Source of the DNA: an uncultured Gemmatimonadales bacterium
GTDB taxonomy: Bacteria; Gemmatimonadota; Gemmatimonadetes; Gemmatimonadales; GWC2-71-9
Assembly (NCBI GenBank): GCA_963739455.1
Contig: CAVUAK010000002.1
Location: 32,001-96,000 of the forward strand
Length of the DNA: 64,000 bases
Direction of reading: 5' to 3'
Part shown: positions 43,548-55,147 of the stretch, piece after piece
How the letters are laid out: each line of letters starts with the position of its first letter
How positions within the stretch are numbered: position 1 is the stretch's first letter
The notes under the pieces: generated by a model
Told to the model about the DNA's origin: nothing
Databases searched by the model: none
What the model saw: only the letters and a program-made list of their open reading frames with translations
Translations under genes and position numbers: made by a program

Positions 43548-44473
43548 GCTGCCAGGAACTTCTCCACTTCGTCGGCGGTGCCCAGGGTGATCCCGGCGGT
43601 GCCGGGGACGATGCGCTTGAGGAGGCCGCTCAGCACACTGCCCGGCCCGATCTCGAGGAAGCGCGCCCGGGGATGATCCACCGAGCAGGTCTGCATGCAC
43701 TCCACCCAGCGCACGGGCGACACGACCTGCTCCGCGAGCAGCTGGCGCGCGCGCCCCGCGTCCTTGATGGGCAGCGCGGTGGCATTGGCGACCACAGGGA
43801 ACCGCGGCGCACTGAATGGGGCCGCCTCGAGCGCGGCGGCGAGGCCGGGCACCGCGGGCGCCATCAGCGGCGAATGGAAGGCGCCACTGACCTTGAGCGG
43901 CAGGACCCGCTTGGCGCCCGCCACCTTGCACGCCTCCCCCGCGCGCGCGACGGCGGCGGGATCCCCCGAAATGACGGTCTGGTCAGGGGCGTTGAGGTTT
44001 GCCGGCACCGCGACTTCAGTGGACGTGGAAGCGCTGCTGCACGCGGCGGCGACCTCTGCGGCACCGAGCCCGATGATGGCGGCCATGGCGCCAGCGCGAG
44101 CCTTCCCTGCCTCGAGCATCAGCTCGCCACGGCGACGCACGATGCGCGCACCGTCAGTGGGCGTGAGCGATCCGGCGGCGACATACGCACTGTATTCGCC
44201 CAGGCTGTGCCCCGCGGCAGCCACGACGGCGCCGAGGTTGCCGCCCACCACCGAAAGCACGGCACACGTATGCGCGAGGATGGCGGGTTGCGCGTTGTGC
44301 GTGAGGGTGAGCTCTTCCTCGGGGCCCTCCCACATGAGACGGGAAAGTGACACGCCGAGTGCGTCATCGATGGCGGCAAAGGTGTCGCGCGCGGCGGGAA
44401 ACCGCTCGGCGAGATCCTTCCCCATGCCGACCTTCTGGGCGCCCTGTCCGGGGCAGAGCAACACCGTCACCAC
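43544..44473 (-). CDS. fabD: Malonyl-CoA:ACP transacylase
   Basis: PGQGAQ, GHSLGEY, SGAFHS. Confidence 0.96.
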   Translation of the reverse strand: MVTVLLCPGQGAQKVGMGKDLAERFPAARDTFAAIDDALGVSLSRLMWEGPEEELTLTHNAQPAILAHTCAVLSVVGGNLGAVVAAAGHSLGEYSAYVAAGSLTPTDGARIVRRRGELMLEAGKARAGAMAAIIGLGAAEVAAACSSASTSTEVAVPANLNAPDQTVISGDPAAVARAGEACKVAGAKRVLPLKVSGAFHSPLMAPAVPGLAAALEAAPFSAPRFPVVANATALPIKDAGRARQLLAEQVVSPVRWVECMQTCSVDHPRARFLEIGPGSVLSGLLKRIVPGTAGITLGTADEVEKFLAA

Positions 44474-45459
44474 CGGACGACCGTCGCTCCCCAGGTGAAC
44501 CCCGCCCCGAACGCCACCAGCAGGATCAGCATGCCCGGCTTCAGGCGACCCTCTTCCTCGGCCTGTGCCAGCGCCAGGGGTATGGAGGCCGCCGAGGTAT
44601 TGCCGTACCGCTCGACATTTACCATCACCTTGGCCATGGGAATGTTCGAGTGCTTCGCCGTCGCCTCGATGATGCGGAGGTTGGCCTGGTGCGGCACGAA
44701 GAGCTCGATTTCGTCGGCGGAGACGCCGGCGCGGCGCAGCGCCTCGTCGCAGGCCTCGCCCATCGCCTTCACCGCGGCCTTGAACACTTCGCGGCCAGCC
44801 ATCTTCATGTACTGGCCGCGATCATTCACGTTCTCGGCGGTGAGCAGGTTCATGCCACCGCCCGCCGGGATGTGAAGCAGCTCGGCGAGGCGCCCATCGG
44901 ACTTGAGGTACGTGGAAAGGATGCCACGACCGTCGCCATTGGCGGGCGTGAGCACGGCGGCACCGGCGCCATCGCCGAACAGGACGGCGGTGCCGCGGTC
45001 CTGCCAGTCCGTGATGGTGGAGAGTCGCTCCGCGCCAAGCACGAGGACGTTCTTGTAGGTCCCCGACGCGATGAGGCCCTCGGCCACACCGGCGGCGAAC
45101 ACGAAGCCGGGGCACGCGGCGACAATGTCGAACGCCGCCGCGCGACTGGCACCGAGCGCGGCCTGGAGGTCGCAGGCCTGCGACGGCATGCGGCGGTCGG
45201 GCGTGACGGTGGCGACCACGATGGCGTCCATTTCCTCGGCGCTCATGCCGGCGCGGGAGAGTGCCATGCGGCTCGCCTCGGCGGTGAGGTCGGTGAGCGA
45301 CTCGTCGGCCCGCGCCACCCGGCGCTCACGGATGCCGGTGCGCTCCACGATCCACTGGTCAGTGGTGTCGAGCGTCTTGCTCAGGTCGTCGTTGGTGACG
45401 ATGCCGGCCGGCACGGCAATGCCGAGGCCCCGGAAGGCCGCGATCGGGGTGCGGCTCAT
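44467..45459 (-). CDS. fabH: 3-oxoacyl-ACP synthase III
   Basis: WIVERTGIRER, AACPGF, FGDGAGA, PHQANLRI, GNTSAAS; ATG 45459. Confidence 0.96.
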   Translation of the reverse strand: MSRTPIAAFRGLGIAVPAGIVTNDDLSKTLDTTDQWIVERTGIRERRVARADESLTDLTAEASRMALSRAGMSAEEMDAIVVATVTPDRRMPSQACDLQAALGASRAAAFDIVAACPGFVFAAGVAEGLIASGTYKNVLVLGAERLSTITDWQDRGTAVLFGDGAGAAVLTPANGDGRGILSTYLKSDGRLAELLHIPAGGGMNLLTAENVNDRGQYMKMAGREVFKAAVKAMGEACDEALRRAGVSADEIELFVPHQANLRIIEATAKHSNIPMAKVMVNVERYGNTSAASIPLALAQAEEEGRLKPGMLILLVAFGAGFTWGATVVRW

Positions 45460-46466
45460 TCGCTGCGCGCGGCGATGGCCGCGAACTCGGCGCCGATATG
45501 CTGGCTCAGCCCCACCTGGGCCGACTGGACCGCGACGCGAATGGCGTTCTTGATCGCGTTGGGTGAGGACGCACCGTGACAGATGATACAGATGCCTTTC
45601 ACGCCGAGCAGCGGAGCCCCGCCGTACTCGGAATAGTCGAGGACGCGGAACACCTCGCGCACGTCGTCGCGCTCGAGGATCTCGGGAGCGTTCCGCTTCA
45701 CCAGTCGCACGATGAGCCGTGCCACGGACTCGTAGAACTTGAGCACGATGTTGCCCACGAAGCCGTCGCAGACGACCACGTCGATATGGCCATGCTTCGC
45801 GTGGCCGGCGACGATGTCGCGGCCCTCGATGTTGCCGACGTAGTTGAGCCCGGGTGACTTCTTGAGCAGCAGGTGGGCCTCCTTCACCATGGCGGTGCCC
45901 TTCTCGTCCTCCTCGCCCACATTGAGGAGTCCGACCACCGGCGATGGCTTGCCCAGCACGTCGCGAGCGTACACCGTGCCCATGTAGGCAAAGCCCACGA
46001 GCTCGCGCGCGGAACAATCGACGTTGGCGCCGCCGTCGAGCACCACGACCGGGTCATCGGCCGTCGGGAACGGCGTGGCGACGGTGGCGCGCATCACGCC
46101 CTCGTGCAGGCCGAGCACCACGGTGGCTGCGGCCAGCGACGCGCCGGTGTTGCCGGCGGAAATGAACGCGTCGGACTTGCCGGCCTTCTGCAGGCCGACC
46201 CCGATCATCAGGCTGGACTTCGGCTTCTTGCGGATGGCGGCAATCGGCTTCTCGGCCATGCCGATCACGTCAGGAGCCTCAATGCACTCGAGGCGGTTCC
46301 GGTCGGCACCAGGATGCCGCGCCAGCTCCGCCTCGATGACATCCACACGCCCTACCAGCTGGATCGTGAAATCGCCCGGAAGCGTCTCGAGTGCGGCGAG
46401 CGCACCCTCGATCTCGGCCTGCGGCGCATGGTCTCCGCCCATCGCGTCCAGCGCGACGCGGATCAC
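45456..46466 (-). CDS. plsX: Phosphate acyltransferase PlsX
   Basis: ALDAMGGDHAP, SAGNTGA, NVGEEDEKG, DGFVGN, GGAPLLG, HGASS. Confidence 0.96.
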   Translation of the reverse strand: MIRVALDAMGGDHAPQAEIEGALAALETLPGDFTIQLVGRVDVIEAELARHPGADRNRLECIEAPDVIGMAEKPIAAIRKKPKSSLMIGVGLQKAGKSDAFISAGNTGASLAAATVVLGLHEGVMRATVATPFPTADDPVVVLDGGANVDCSARELVGFAYMGTVYARDVLGKPSPVVGLLNVGEEDEKGTAMVKEAHLLLKKSPGLNYVGNIEGRDIVAGHAKHGHIDVVVCDGFVGNIVLKFYESVARLIVRLVKRNAPEILERDDVREVFRVLDYSEYGGAPLLGVKGICIICHGASSPNAIKNAIRVAVQSAQVGLSQHIGAEFAAIAARSE

Positions 46467-46468
46467 CG

Positions 46469-46651
46469 TCAGTTGTCCTCTACCTCGATCCGCTTCTTGC
46501 CGGCGTAGTAGCCGCAGGACCCGCACACACGGTGCGGAAGGCGCGGCGAGCTACAGCGGGGACAGGCCTGCGTCCGCATGCCGGCCGCAGTGTGGTGGCC
46601 CCGGCGGAGCCGCTTGCGTGACTTCGAGGTTCTGCGCTTCGGTACGGCCAT
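46469..46651 (-). CDS. rpmF: 50S ribosomal protein L32 (Zn-ribbon form)
   Basis: MAVPKRRTSK, CPRC...PHRVCGSCGYY. Confidence 0.97.
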   Translation of the reverse strand: MAVPKRRTSKSRKRLRRGHHTAAGMRTQACPRCSSPRLPHRVCGSCGYYAGKKRIEVEDN

Positions 46652-46658
46652 GACATCC

Positions 46659-47126
46659 TCATCCGTGGTCAGGAGCCGTGCACCCGCACGGTCCCGTGTT
46701 CAAGTCAGCCCCGCAGCGGGGGCAGAGCCCGGCACACTTCGGCTGGCAAAGCGGATAGGACGGCACCGCCAGCGCCAGCTCTTCGCGCACGAACTCAACA
46801 AGGTCGATGTGAGTGGCCGACGGCGCGAGTTCGTGCACCGACGGATCGTCCTGGAGATCGGGGTCACTCGTGAACATGAGCCCGATGTCCGTATCGACCG
46901 ACAGAGCCACGTCAGACAGGCAGCGACGGCACTGTGCCTGCACCTGCCCGCGAACGTGGCCCTTCCAGAAGTAACCGCCTGCCGCGCTGGCCTGAATCCG
47001 GCCATCGACCTGCACCGGCGCAATGAGGGAAAGCTGGAGCCCCTCGAATACCGGATCATCCTGGGCGAGCGAGCCGTTCGTGGCCACCGGCCCGTGTTTC
47101 AATTCCCGAAGATCGACCCGAAGCAT
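46659..47126 (-). CDS. yceD: YceD/DUF177 family protein
   Basis: CRRCL, LC...C.GLCPRCGADLN; upstream of rpmF. Confidence 0.9.
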   Translation of the reverse strand: MLRVDLRELKHGPVATNGSLAQDDPVFEGLQLSLIAPVQVDGRIQASAAGGYFWKGHVRGQVQAQCRRCLSDVALSVDTDIGLMFTSDPDLQDDPSVHELAPSATHIDLVEFVREELALAVPSYPLCQPKCAGLCPRCGADLNTGPCGCTAPDHG

Positions 47127-47134
47127 AGCCCCGG

Positions 47135-47163
47135 AAGCTAAGCGGGAGAAGGACTTAGGTCAA
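47135..47163 (-). promoter_or_regulatory. Putative sigma70 promoter of the yceD-rpmF-plsX-fab operon (near-leaderless)
   Basis: TTGACC-N17-TAGCTT ending 8 nt before the yceD ATG. Confidence 0.55.
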
Positions 47164-47183
47164 GACGACGGGTGCCGGATTCG

Positions 47184-47615
47184 TCAGCCCCAGAGGCCGG
47201 ACAACTCGCCTTCCGTGAAGAAGAACCCGATCTCCCGGGCGGCGTTCTCGTCGCTGTCCGACGCGTGGATGGCGTTCTTGCCCTTGGACTCGGCGTAGAG
47301 CTTCCGGATGGTGCCGGCTGCGGCCTCCGCGGGATCGGTCGCACCGATGACGGTCCGGAGCGTCGCCACCGCATCGGCCCGCTCCAGCGCGATCGGCATG
47401 CATGGGCCGCTCATCATGAACGACACCAGTTCGGCATAGAACGGCCGGCCGTTGTGGACGGCGTAGAACGCACCCGCCTCACCTTGCGACAGCCGAACCA
47501 GCCGCGCGGCGCGCACGGCGAAGCCTTCCTTCTGCAGGTGCGCAAGGATGAGTCCGGCCTTGCCGCTGGCAATGGCGTCGGGCTTGATGATGGCGAGTGT
47601 GCGTGACTGAGCCAT
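47184..47615 (-). CDS. ndk: Nucleoside diphosphate kinase
   Basis: TLAIIKPDA, FYAVH.GRPF, GATDP, NAIHASDS. Confidence 0.97.
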   Translation of the reverse strand: MAQSRTLAIIKPDAIASGKAGLILAHLQKEGFAVRAARLVRLSQGEAGAFYAVHNGRPFYAELVSFMMSGPCMPIALERADAVATLRTVIGATDPAEAAAGTIRKLYAESKGKNAIHASDSDENAAREIGFFFTEGELSGLWG

Positions 47616-47635
47616 GTCTTATTCCGGTTGATAAG

Positions 47636-47692
47636 GTGAGGGGTAAGGGGTGAGGGGTGTATGGGATCGCCCCCTCACCCCTCACCCCTCAC
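47636..47692. repeat. Hairpin built from heptamer repeats, (GTGAGGG)x3 ... (CCCTCAC)x3, between sucD and ndk
   Basis: gtgaggg gtaaggg gtgaggg -15 nt- ccctcac ccctcac ccctcac. Confidence 0.88.
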
Positions 47693-47697
47693 GTTGG

Positions 47698-48570
47698 TTA
47701 CGTGAGACGTTCCCGAACAAGTTCAATCACGTCCACCGGGCGCTTCATGATTCCCATCCCGGCCGCCGCAAACGCGGCCAGCTTTTCCTCGGCCGTGCCC
47801 GACGACCCGGAAATGATCGCGCCGGCATGCCCCATCCGGCGACCCTTGGGCGCCGTCTGTCCCGCAATGAACCCGACCACCGGCTTGGTGACGTGGGCCT
47901 TGATGAACTCGGCCGCCTGCTGCTCGTCGGTGCCGCCGATCTCACCCATCATCACGATTGCGTCGGTATCGGCATCGTCCTGGAAGGCGCGCAGCACGTC
48001 GATGAAGTTGGTGCCGATGAGTGGATCGCCGCCGATGCCGACGCAGGTGCTCTGCCCAATGCCGGCCTTCGTCAGGTGATTCACGATTTCATACGTGAGC
48101 GTGCCGCTGCGGCTCACGATGCCCACCCGGCCGGGCTTGCAGATGCTGCCCGGGATGATCCCCACCTTGGCCTCGCCCGGCGTGATGAGGCCGGGGCAGT
48201 TCGGTCCGATGAGTCGCACGCCACGGGCACGGACATAGGGCATCGCCCGGGCCACGTGCTGCACCGGGATTCCTTCCGTGATACACACGATCAGGCTGAT
48301 CCCGGCATCCGCGGCCTCGAACAGCGCGCTCGCCGCTGCCGTCGGCGGCACGTAGACCACTGCGGTGTCGGCGCCCGTGGCACTCACCGCATCGGCCACC
48401 GTATTGAATACCGGCACCTTGCCCTCGAACAGTTGCCCGCCCTTGCCGGGCGTGACGCCACCCACCACCTGCGTGCCGTACTCCAGCATCTGTCGCGCGT
48501 GGAATGATCCTTCGCGACCGGTGATGCCCTGCACCAGCAGGCGCGTGGACTTGTTGACGAAGACGCTCAT
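47698..48570 (-). CDS. sucD: Succinyl-CoA synthetase alpha subunit
   Basis: [26 protein letters not shown]. Confidence 0.97.
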   Translation of the reverse strand: MSVFVNKSTRLLVQGITGREGSFHARQMLEYGTQVVGGVTPGKGGQLFEGKVPVFNTVADAVSATGADTAVVYVPPTAAASALFEAADAGISLIVCITEGIPVQHVARAMPYVRARGVRLIGPNCPGLITPGEAKVGIIPGSICKPGRVGIVSRSGTLTYEIVNHLTKAGIGQSTCVGIGGDPLIGTNFIDVLRAFQDDADTDAIVMMGEIGGTDEQQAAEFIKAHVTKPVVGFIAGQTAPKGRRMGHAGAIISGSSGTAEEKLAAFAAAGMGIMKRPVDVIELVRERLT

Positions 48571-49707
48571 GCGGCCCCCTGCGCAGCCTTCACCACCTGC
48601 TGAACTGCCTCGTCCATGTCGCTCAGGGCGGTCATGCCGATGCCCTTCAGGATCTTGAAGGCTTCCGCCTCGTTCGTGCCGGTGAGGCGCACCACGATCG
48701 GCACCTTCACCGGGAACTGCGCGAGCGCGGCCTTGATGCCGTTCGCCACGTCATCGGTGCGGGTGATGCCGCCGAAGATGTTGAAGAGGATGGCCTTCAC
48801 CGCGGGGTCCGCGGTGATGATCTTGAGGGCGTTCACGACCTTCTCGGGATTCGAGCTGCCCGCCGATGTCGAGGAAGTTCGCCGGCTCCCCGCCGTAGTA
48901 CTTCACCAGGTCCATCGTCGCCATCGCGAGCCCGGCACCGTTGACCACGCATCCCACGTTGCCATCGAGCTTGATGAACGAAAGGTTGGCGCGTCGTGCC
49001 GCGGCCTCGGCCGGTGGCTCCTCCGACTCGTCGCGCAGCTCCTCGAGGTCGGGGCGCCAGAACAGCTCGTTGTCGTCGATGACGATCTTTGCGTCCAGGG
49101 CGAGGACGCGGCCATCGGGGGTGGTGACCAGCGGATTGATCTCGGCGAGGGAACAGCCGTTGTGCGTGAAGACGTTGTACAGCCGCTCCATCATCTGCGC
49201 CGCCGCCCTGACCTTGGCAAAGTCCTGGTACAGGAAGAAGGCGAGCGACAGCGCCTGGTGCGGCAGCAGACCGTAGGTCGGGTCCACAGCGAGCCGGCGG
49301 ATCTTCTCGGGAGTCTTGGCGGCCACTTCCTCGATGTCGATGCCGCCGGCCGGGCTCACCATGAATACCGGGCGCTGGGTCTCGCGGTCCATGATCAGGC
49401 CGACGTACGCCTCGGACGCGATCTCCGCCGCCGGCACCACGAGCACCTTGTGCACCGTGAGGCCCTTGATCTCCATGCCGAGGATCCGCTCCGCCGCATC
49501 GGCCGCCTCGCCCGGCGTTGCCGCCAGCTTCACCCCGCCCGCCTTCCCCCGCCCGCCCACGTGGACCTGTGCCTTCACCACGACCGGGCCGCCGATGCGG
49601 CGCGCGATCGCCTCCGCCACCGGCGGCGTCGATGCGACGTCACCGTCCAGCATGGGCACGCCGGCCGCCTTCAGCAGGGCGCGCGCCTGATACTCATGGA
49701 TATTCAC
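48567..49707 (-). CDS. sucC: Succinyl-CoA synthetase beta subunit (frameshift near 48860)
   Basis: [51 protein letters not shown]. Confidence 0.95.
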
Positions 49708-49799
49708 GGGCGCTCCTCGGGAAACCAGGGAAAACCGGCCCCAAGGTAGCCCGCACCCGATGGGCCGAGCAAGCGCGGCGGCGCCGGCCCGCCCGCCGG

Positions 49800-52265
49800 T
49801 CAGTGCGGGTTGGCGGGAGGCAGCTCGAGCACCGCCCGCAGCTCCTCGAAGGCGCGCCCGAAGGCGGTGAAATCACCCCGCCGGAATGCCGAGTCGGCCA
49901 CCCGGAACCAGCGGCGGGCATCGACCAGGGCACCGCCGGCCGGCGCGCCTGGGGGCGAGTGGTACCGTGGCGCCCCGCAGGTTGGTCCACGCCTCCGCGA
50001 AGGTGCGGGCAGCGCCCACCCGCGGACCGCTGGCGACACTGACCCACGTGACCGACGACCCGCCGCCGCCCCGCGGTCCGTAGCGCGACTGCGTCGCACC
50101 CACCGCACCGGACGAGACCCAGTAGCGGACTCCGCCGGCGCTGAGCACGCCACCTCCGGCGCGCACCGAGTCCAGCACCTGCACGAACATCGGGAAGCGC
50201 TCCCATCTCTGCTCCAGCGCGGCGGGACCCGGCAGCGCCAACGGTGGAATCGATCTCGATGCGCGTCAGCCCGAGGCGGCCCTGCGACGCTGCTGCCGAC
50301 GAGGAGCGTCTGCAGCTGGCCCGTCGCGCCGCGTACGTACTCCGCGGTGCGCGCCGGTCCGTCGGTGCCTGGCGGCGTCCAGAAGAAACTGGAGACCGGC
50401 GGCGTGATCGCGGAGCGAGTCGGCGCGCCCGGCAAGCAGGCCGACATCGGCATGCTCGAGGATGCGGGACTGCACCAGGAACAGCTGGGCCGGATACGGC
50501 AGCATCGCGCGCAACGTGGCCGGCACCGAGTCCCACGGCTCCACGACCTCCTCGGCGAGCTTGATCCACGCGTCGGCCACCGGGCCGCCATCGGGCCGCG
50601 CATAGATGTGCGTCTCGCCCTCCTCCGCCTCCACCACCCCGACGAACGCGGCGTGCAGCATGCCGACCTTCCGGCTCGCCGAGACGCACCCGCGTGGACA
50701 GGGGGAAGTTCTCGTCGACCAGGTAGCCATCGGAAACCCAGAACAGCTGCCCGCCGTCGACCCGCGGCACCGGCGGTGCCCACTCGGCATACGGCGCGAG
50801 CGTCGCGAGGCGGGCCTGGGGCGTGCGCGCCCAGTCCACCGCCACATCGGGCGCTGGCGCGCCGAGCAGCCTGCGCTCCTGCAGCGCCCACGCCAGCGCG
50901 ATGCGCCGCAGCAGGCCGCCCACCGGCACGCCGCGCACGTCATCGGCGATCACGACGCGAGCCGCGCCGGGGTACAGCGCATGATCCGAGAGTGCGAGCA
51001 ATGCGGCCGGGGCCGGCGCCGGGATGGAATCGTCGAGGTGATAGAAGAGCGGCCCGCCGGTGGCGGACGTGCGATCGTCGGCCACCGCGCGGAGTGACGC
51101 CGCGCTGTCGCGGCTCGTCACCAGGAGCAGCCACGCTGGTCGGCGACCGGCGGGCGTCGTGAGCCACGCGGGGTCGGCGGCGGCAGTGAGCAGCGAATCG
51201 GCATCACCGATGCGCACCAGCGGTTCCGTCTGCCAGAGCGACGGCCACGCGGGTGGCGTACCGGCATCCGGTCCAGGGCACTGCGAGCGAGTCGCGCAAC
51301 GAGCCGAGCTGGAACGCCGCGGCATCGAGCGAGCGTCGGCTGGCCGTGTCACCCAGGGCCACGTCGCCCGGTACCACGAGCGACCCCACGGCGATGCGTG
51401 TCAGCAGCCAGCCGACTCCCAGCACGGCCCAGCCCGCCAGCAGCAGGAAGTTGAGCTTGAGCACTGACGTGCGCACCGCCCACAGCAGCGACACCATCGC
51501 CACCATGAGCGCGGTGCCAGCCAGTGCCGGCGACGTGAGCGTGGCGAGCTGGAACTGCCTGGTGCCCACGTCGCCCAGCGTGCCGGCCACGAGGTGATAC
51601 GGCTCGAGCAGGAGGCCCCATCCGAGCACCAGCGCAAGCGCGCCAAGCAACCAGCCGAGGTGACGGCGCGTGTGGTCGCTGATCGCGGGGCGTCCATCGA
51701 TCCACCGGATGGCACCGATCACGGCATAGAGCAGCACCACGACCACCAGGCCGGCGAGCGTCAGTGCGAGGGCATACGCCTGCAGGAGTGACCAGAGCGG
51801 GAGCTGGGCGATATACAGGCCGACGTCATGGCCGAGGATGGGTTCCGTGAGGTCGAACTGCACGCCCTGCCATGCCAGGGCGATCACCCGCCAGTACCGG
51901 GAGACATCGCCACCGGTGATGAGCCCGAGGACCAGCCCGAGCACGACGGTACCCGCGAGGAGCGTGCGCTGCGTCAGCGCCTCGCGCACCTCGAGATTGG
52001 CGATCTGCCGGGAGACCTCGACGCCGCCGATCGCGCGGTAGACCACCAGGAGGTTGCCGGTGAACCACGCCGTGGCGATGACGACGCCGGCGAGGTCGAG
52101 CGTGAGGCGGAGGAGGTTGACGTCGGTGAGGAACTGCGCGGCAGCCGGCGAGATCGCCAGGCCCCACCAGCGATCGGCCAGTGTGGTCGCGGTCCATCGC
52201 CCGGCGAACAGTGCCAGGGCAAGTATCCCTGCGGCGAGCAGGGCCCGCCGCATGCCGTTGGACAT
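49800..52265 (-). CDS. UPF0182-like membrane protein (multiple frameshifts)
   Basis: EPILGHDVGLYIAQLP, LAPYAEW..P.P...GQLFWVSDGY, YPAQLF.VQ and C-terminal GDFTAFGRAFEEL resemble UPF0182. Confidence 0.7.
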
Positions 52266-52272
52266 GCGACCG

Positions 52273-53644
52273 CTAGGCGCTGACCCCCTGCTCCGCGAGC
52301 CAGTGCATGACTTCCGCCTGGTACGCTTCCAGGGCGGCTGGCTCGGTCGCCTCGAAGCGGAGCACGAGGATCGGCTGGGTATTGGACGACCGGATCAATC
52401 CCCATCCCTTGGGGAAGGTCATGCGAACCCCATCGATGGTGTTGACCGGATAGCGGGCGCTGAAGTGCTTCACGGCGCGCTCGGTGATGCTGAACTTCAC
52501 GTCGTCGGGGCAATCCACCCGGAGCTCCGGCGTTGCGAACGTCCTGGGCAGGTCGGCAAGCAGCGGAGCCAGCCCGCGCTTGCCCGCGGCTCACGATTTC
52601 GAGCAGGCGAGCTGCGGCGAACAGCGCGTCGTCGAAACCGAAGTAGTCGCCGCCGAAGAACATGTGCCCGCTCATCTCGCCCGCGAGCGGTGCATGCACC
52701 TCCTTCATGCGCGCCTTGATGAGCGAGTGGCCGGTCTTCCACATCTCCGGGCGCGCGCCCGCCGCGACCAGCGCCTGCGGCAGCACCTCGGAGCACTTCA
52801 CGTCGAACACCACCGGGGTGCCGGGCCCGAAGCGGAGCACCGCGTCGCGGCCGTACAGCACCAGCAACTGGTCGCCGTAGAGGATCTCGCCCGTCTCGTC
52901 CACTGCACCGATGCGGTCGGCATCGCCATCGAATGCAATGCCGAGTTCGGTCCCGTGACGCCGCACCTCGGCCTGCAGGTCGCGCAGGTTCTCGGGCACC
53001 GTGGGGTCGGGATGATGGTTCGGGAAGGTGCCATCCGACTCGCAGAAGAGCGGCGTCACCTCGGCGCCGAGCTTCCGCAGGGTCTCCACGGCGATGACAC
53101 TGCCTGCGCCGTTGCCGCAATCCACCACCACGCTCACCGGCCGCTCGAGCTTGTGCCGTGCCACGATCGCGTCCCGGTAGCGTGGCAGCACCGTGCCGTT
53201 CGCCGTCTCGCGGCCCTCTCCCGTCCGCCAGCGCTCGGTGACGATTGCTTCCCACAGGGCGATGATGTGATCACCGTGCATCGACCCGCCGGTGAGCACC
53301 ATCTTGAAGCCGTTGAACTCCGGCGGATTGTGCGAGCCCGTCACCTGGCACCCGCCGTCGACGCCCAGGTCCTGCACCGCGAAATACAGCGCCGGGGTGG
53401 GCAGGAGCCCCACGTCGACCGCGGTGCCGCCGGCATCGACAATGCCCTGGCGGAACCCGGCCGCGAGCGCGAAGCCGGACGGACGGTTGTCGCGACCCAC
53501 CGCGAGCACCGGTGCATGTCCGCAGTGATCCCAGGCGGCGCTCGCGAACGCCCGCCCGAGCGCGCGCGCAAATGCCGGCGTCAGCTCGGCGTCGACGAGA
53601 CCGCGCACGTCATACTGCCGGAACACTCCCTTCGGGACGTTCAT
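52273..53644 (-). CDS. Phosphomannomutase/phosphoglucomutase (AlgC-like; frameshift near 52580)
   Basis: FRQYDVRG, TGSHNP, FDGDADR, GEMSGH, GWGLIRSSNTQP. Confidence 0.93.
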
Positions 53645-55147
53645 CGGTCACCCAGCGATGGTGGACGGGACTCGGCGCTCAACTGCTCCGCCGCCGAGCG
53701 GGCGAGGTCCACGACCTTCCGTGGCCACACACCGAAAAGCAGGTTCACGAGCACCGCGGCGGCAACGATGGCCTTGGCGGCGCGGGAGAAGAGCACCTGG
53801 CGGTGTGCATCAGGGGTACGCTCCGGCTTCATTGTCATCGCCATGACGACGGGCAGGTAGTAGCCGAGGGACAACAGGCTGCCGATGCCCATGACGACGG
53901 CCAGCAGCAGCTGGTTCCGGTCGATGGCAGCGGTCATGAGGTACCACTTGCCGATGAACCCGAAGGTGCCGGGAAAGCCGAGGAGCGACAGCAGGCAGAC
54001 GCCCATGGAGAGCGCACCCCAGGGCCGGACCCGGAAGAAGCCTTCCACGTCTTCCAGCATCACGGTGCGTGACCCCACCCGCTCGACAGCCGTGATGATG
54101 CCGAAGGTCGCCAGCGACGTGATGCTGTAGGCGATGAGGTAGAGCAGCACTGCTGCGCGGCCCAGGTCGGTGGCAGTCCATACGCCGACCAGCAGGTACC
54201 CCGCATGCGCTATCGAGCTGTAGGCCAGCATCCGCTTGAGCGACCCCTGTGCCAGCGCCACCACGTTTCCGACGATCATGGAGGCCACCGCCAGCACGGC
54301 GACGATCGGCTGCCAGAGCTCGGTGAACGCCGGGAAGGCGTCGGCGAGCACCCGTACCAGGGCCACGAACGCTGCCGTCTTGACGGCGGTGGCCATGAAG
54401 CCGGTGATCGGCGTGGGCGCGCCGTCGTAGACGTCCGGCGCCCACATGTGGAACGGCACCGCGGCAGCCTTGAACCCGAAACCGACCAGCAGGAGTGCCA
54501 GCCCCATGCGCGCCAGCAGCGACGTGTCGCTGCCCGCGAACTGCGCGCCGATGAGCACGTAGTTCGTCTGCCCCGTGGCGCCGTACACCAGCGCGATGCC
54601 GTAGAGCAGGAACGCCGACGCGAAGGCACCGACGAGGAAGTACTTGAGCGCCGCCTCCGCCGACGAGCGGCGGAACCGGTCGAACCCGGCCAGCACGTAC
54701 ACCGAGATCGACATGATCTCGAGGCCGATGAACAGCAGGATGAAGTCGGCAGAGGCAACCATCAGTTGCATGCCGATCGCCGCAAACAGCACCAGCACGT
54801 AGTACTCGGGCGCGAGGAGGCGCTGCTTGCCGAGGAAGCGGAGCGAGAGGAGGCAGGTGGCGCCGGCGATGAAGAGGATGAGCAACTCGCTCACGAACCG
54901 GTACGCGTCCAGGTAGACCATGTGCGGCTGCCCGGCGCTCCTCGCGCCCGACTGCCACAGCCAGAGCGTGGCCGCGGCAGCACCGATCACGCCTATCACC
55001 GACAGCCAGCCGGCCAGCCGGCTGTCCCCCTCGCTGCCATGTCGCCAGGCCACCACGAGTAGCACCACCATGCGACCAGGCGGTGAGGATCACCGCCGGC
55101 AGCAGGGCAAGGGTGACGCCGGATGGCGTGAGCAGGTCGATCGGCAT
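53641..55147 (-). CDS. nuoN: NADH-quinone oxidoreductase subunit N (frameshift near 55075)
   Basis: EAALKYF, FKAAAVPFHMWAPDVYDGAP, KRMLAYSSIAHAGY. Confidence 0.93.
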
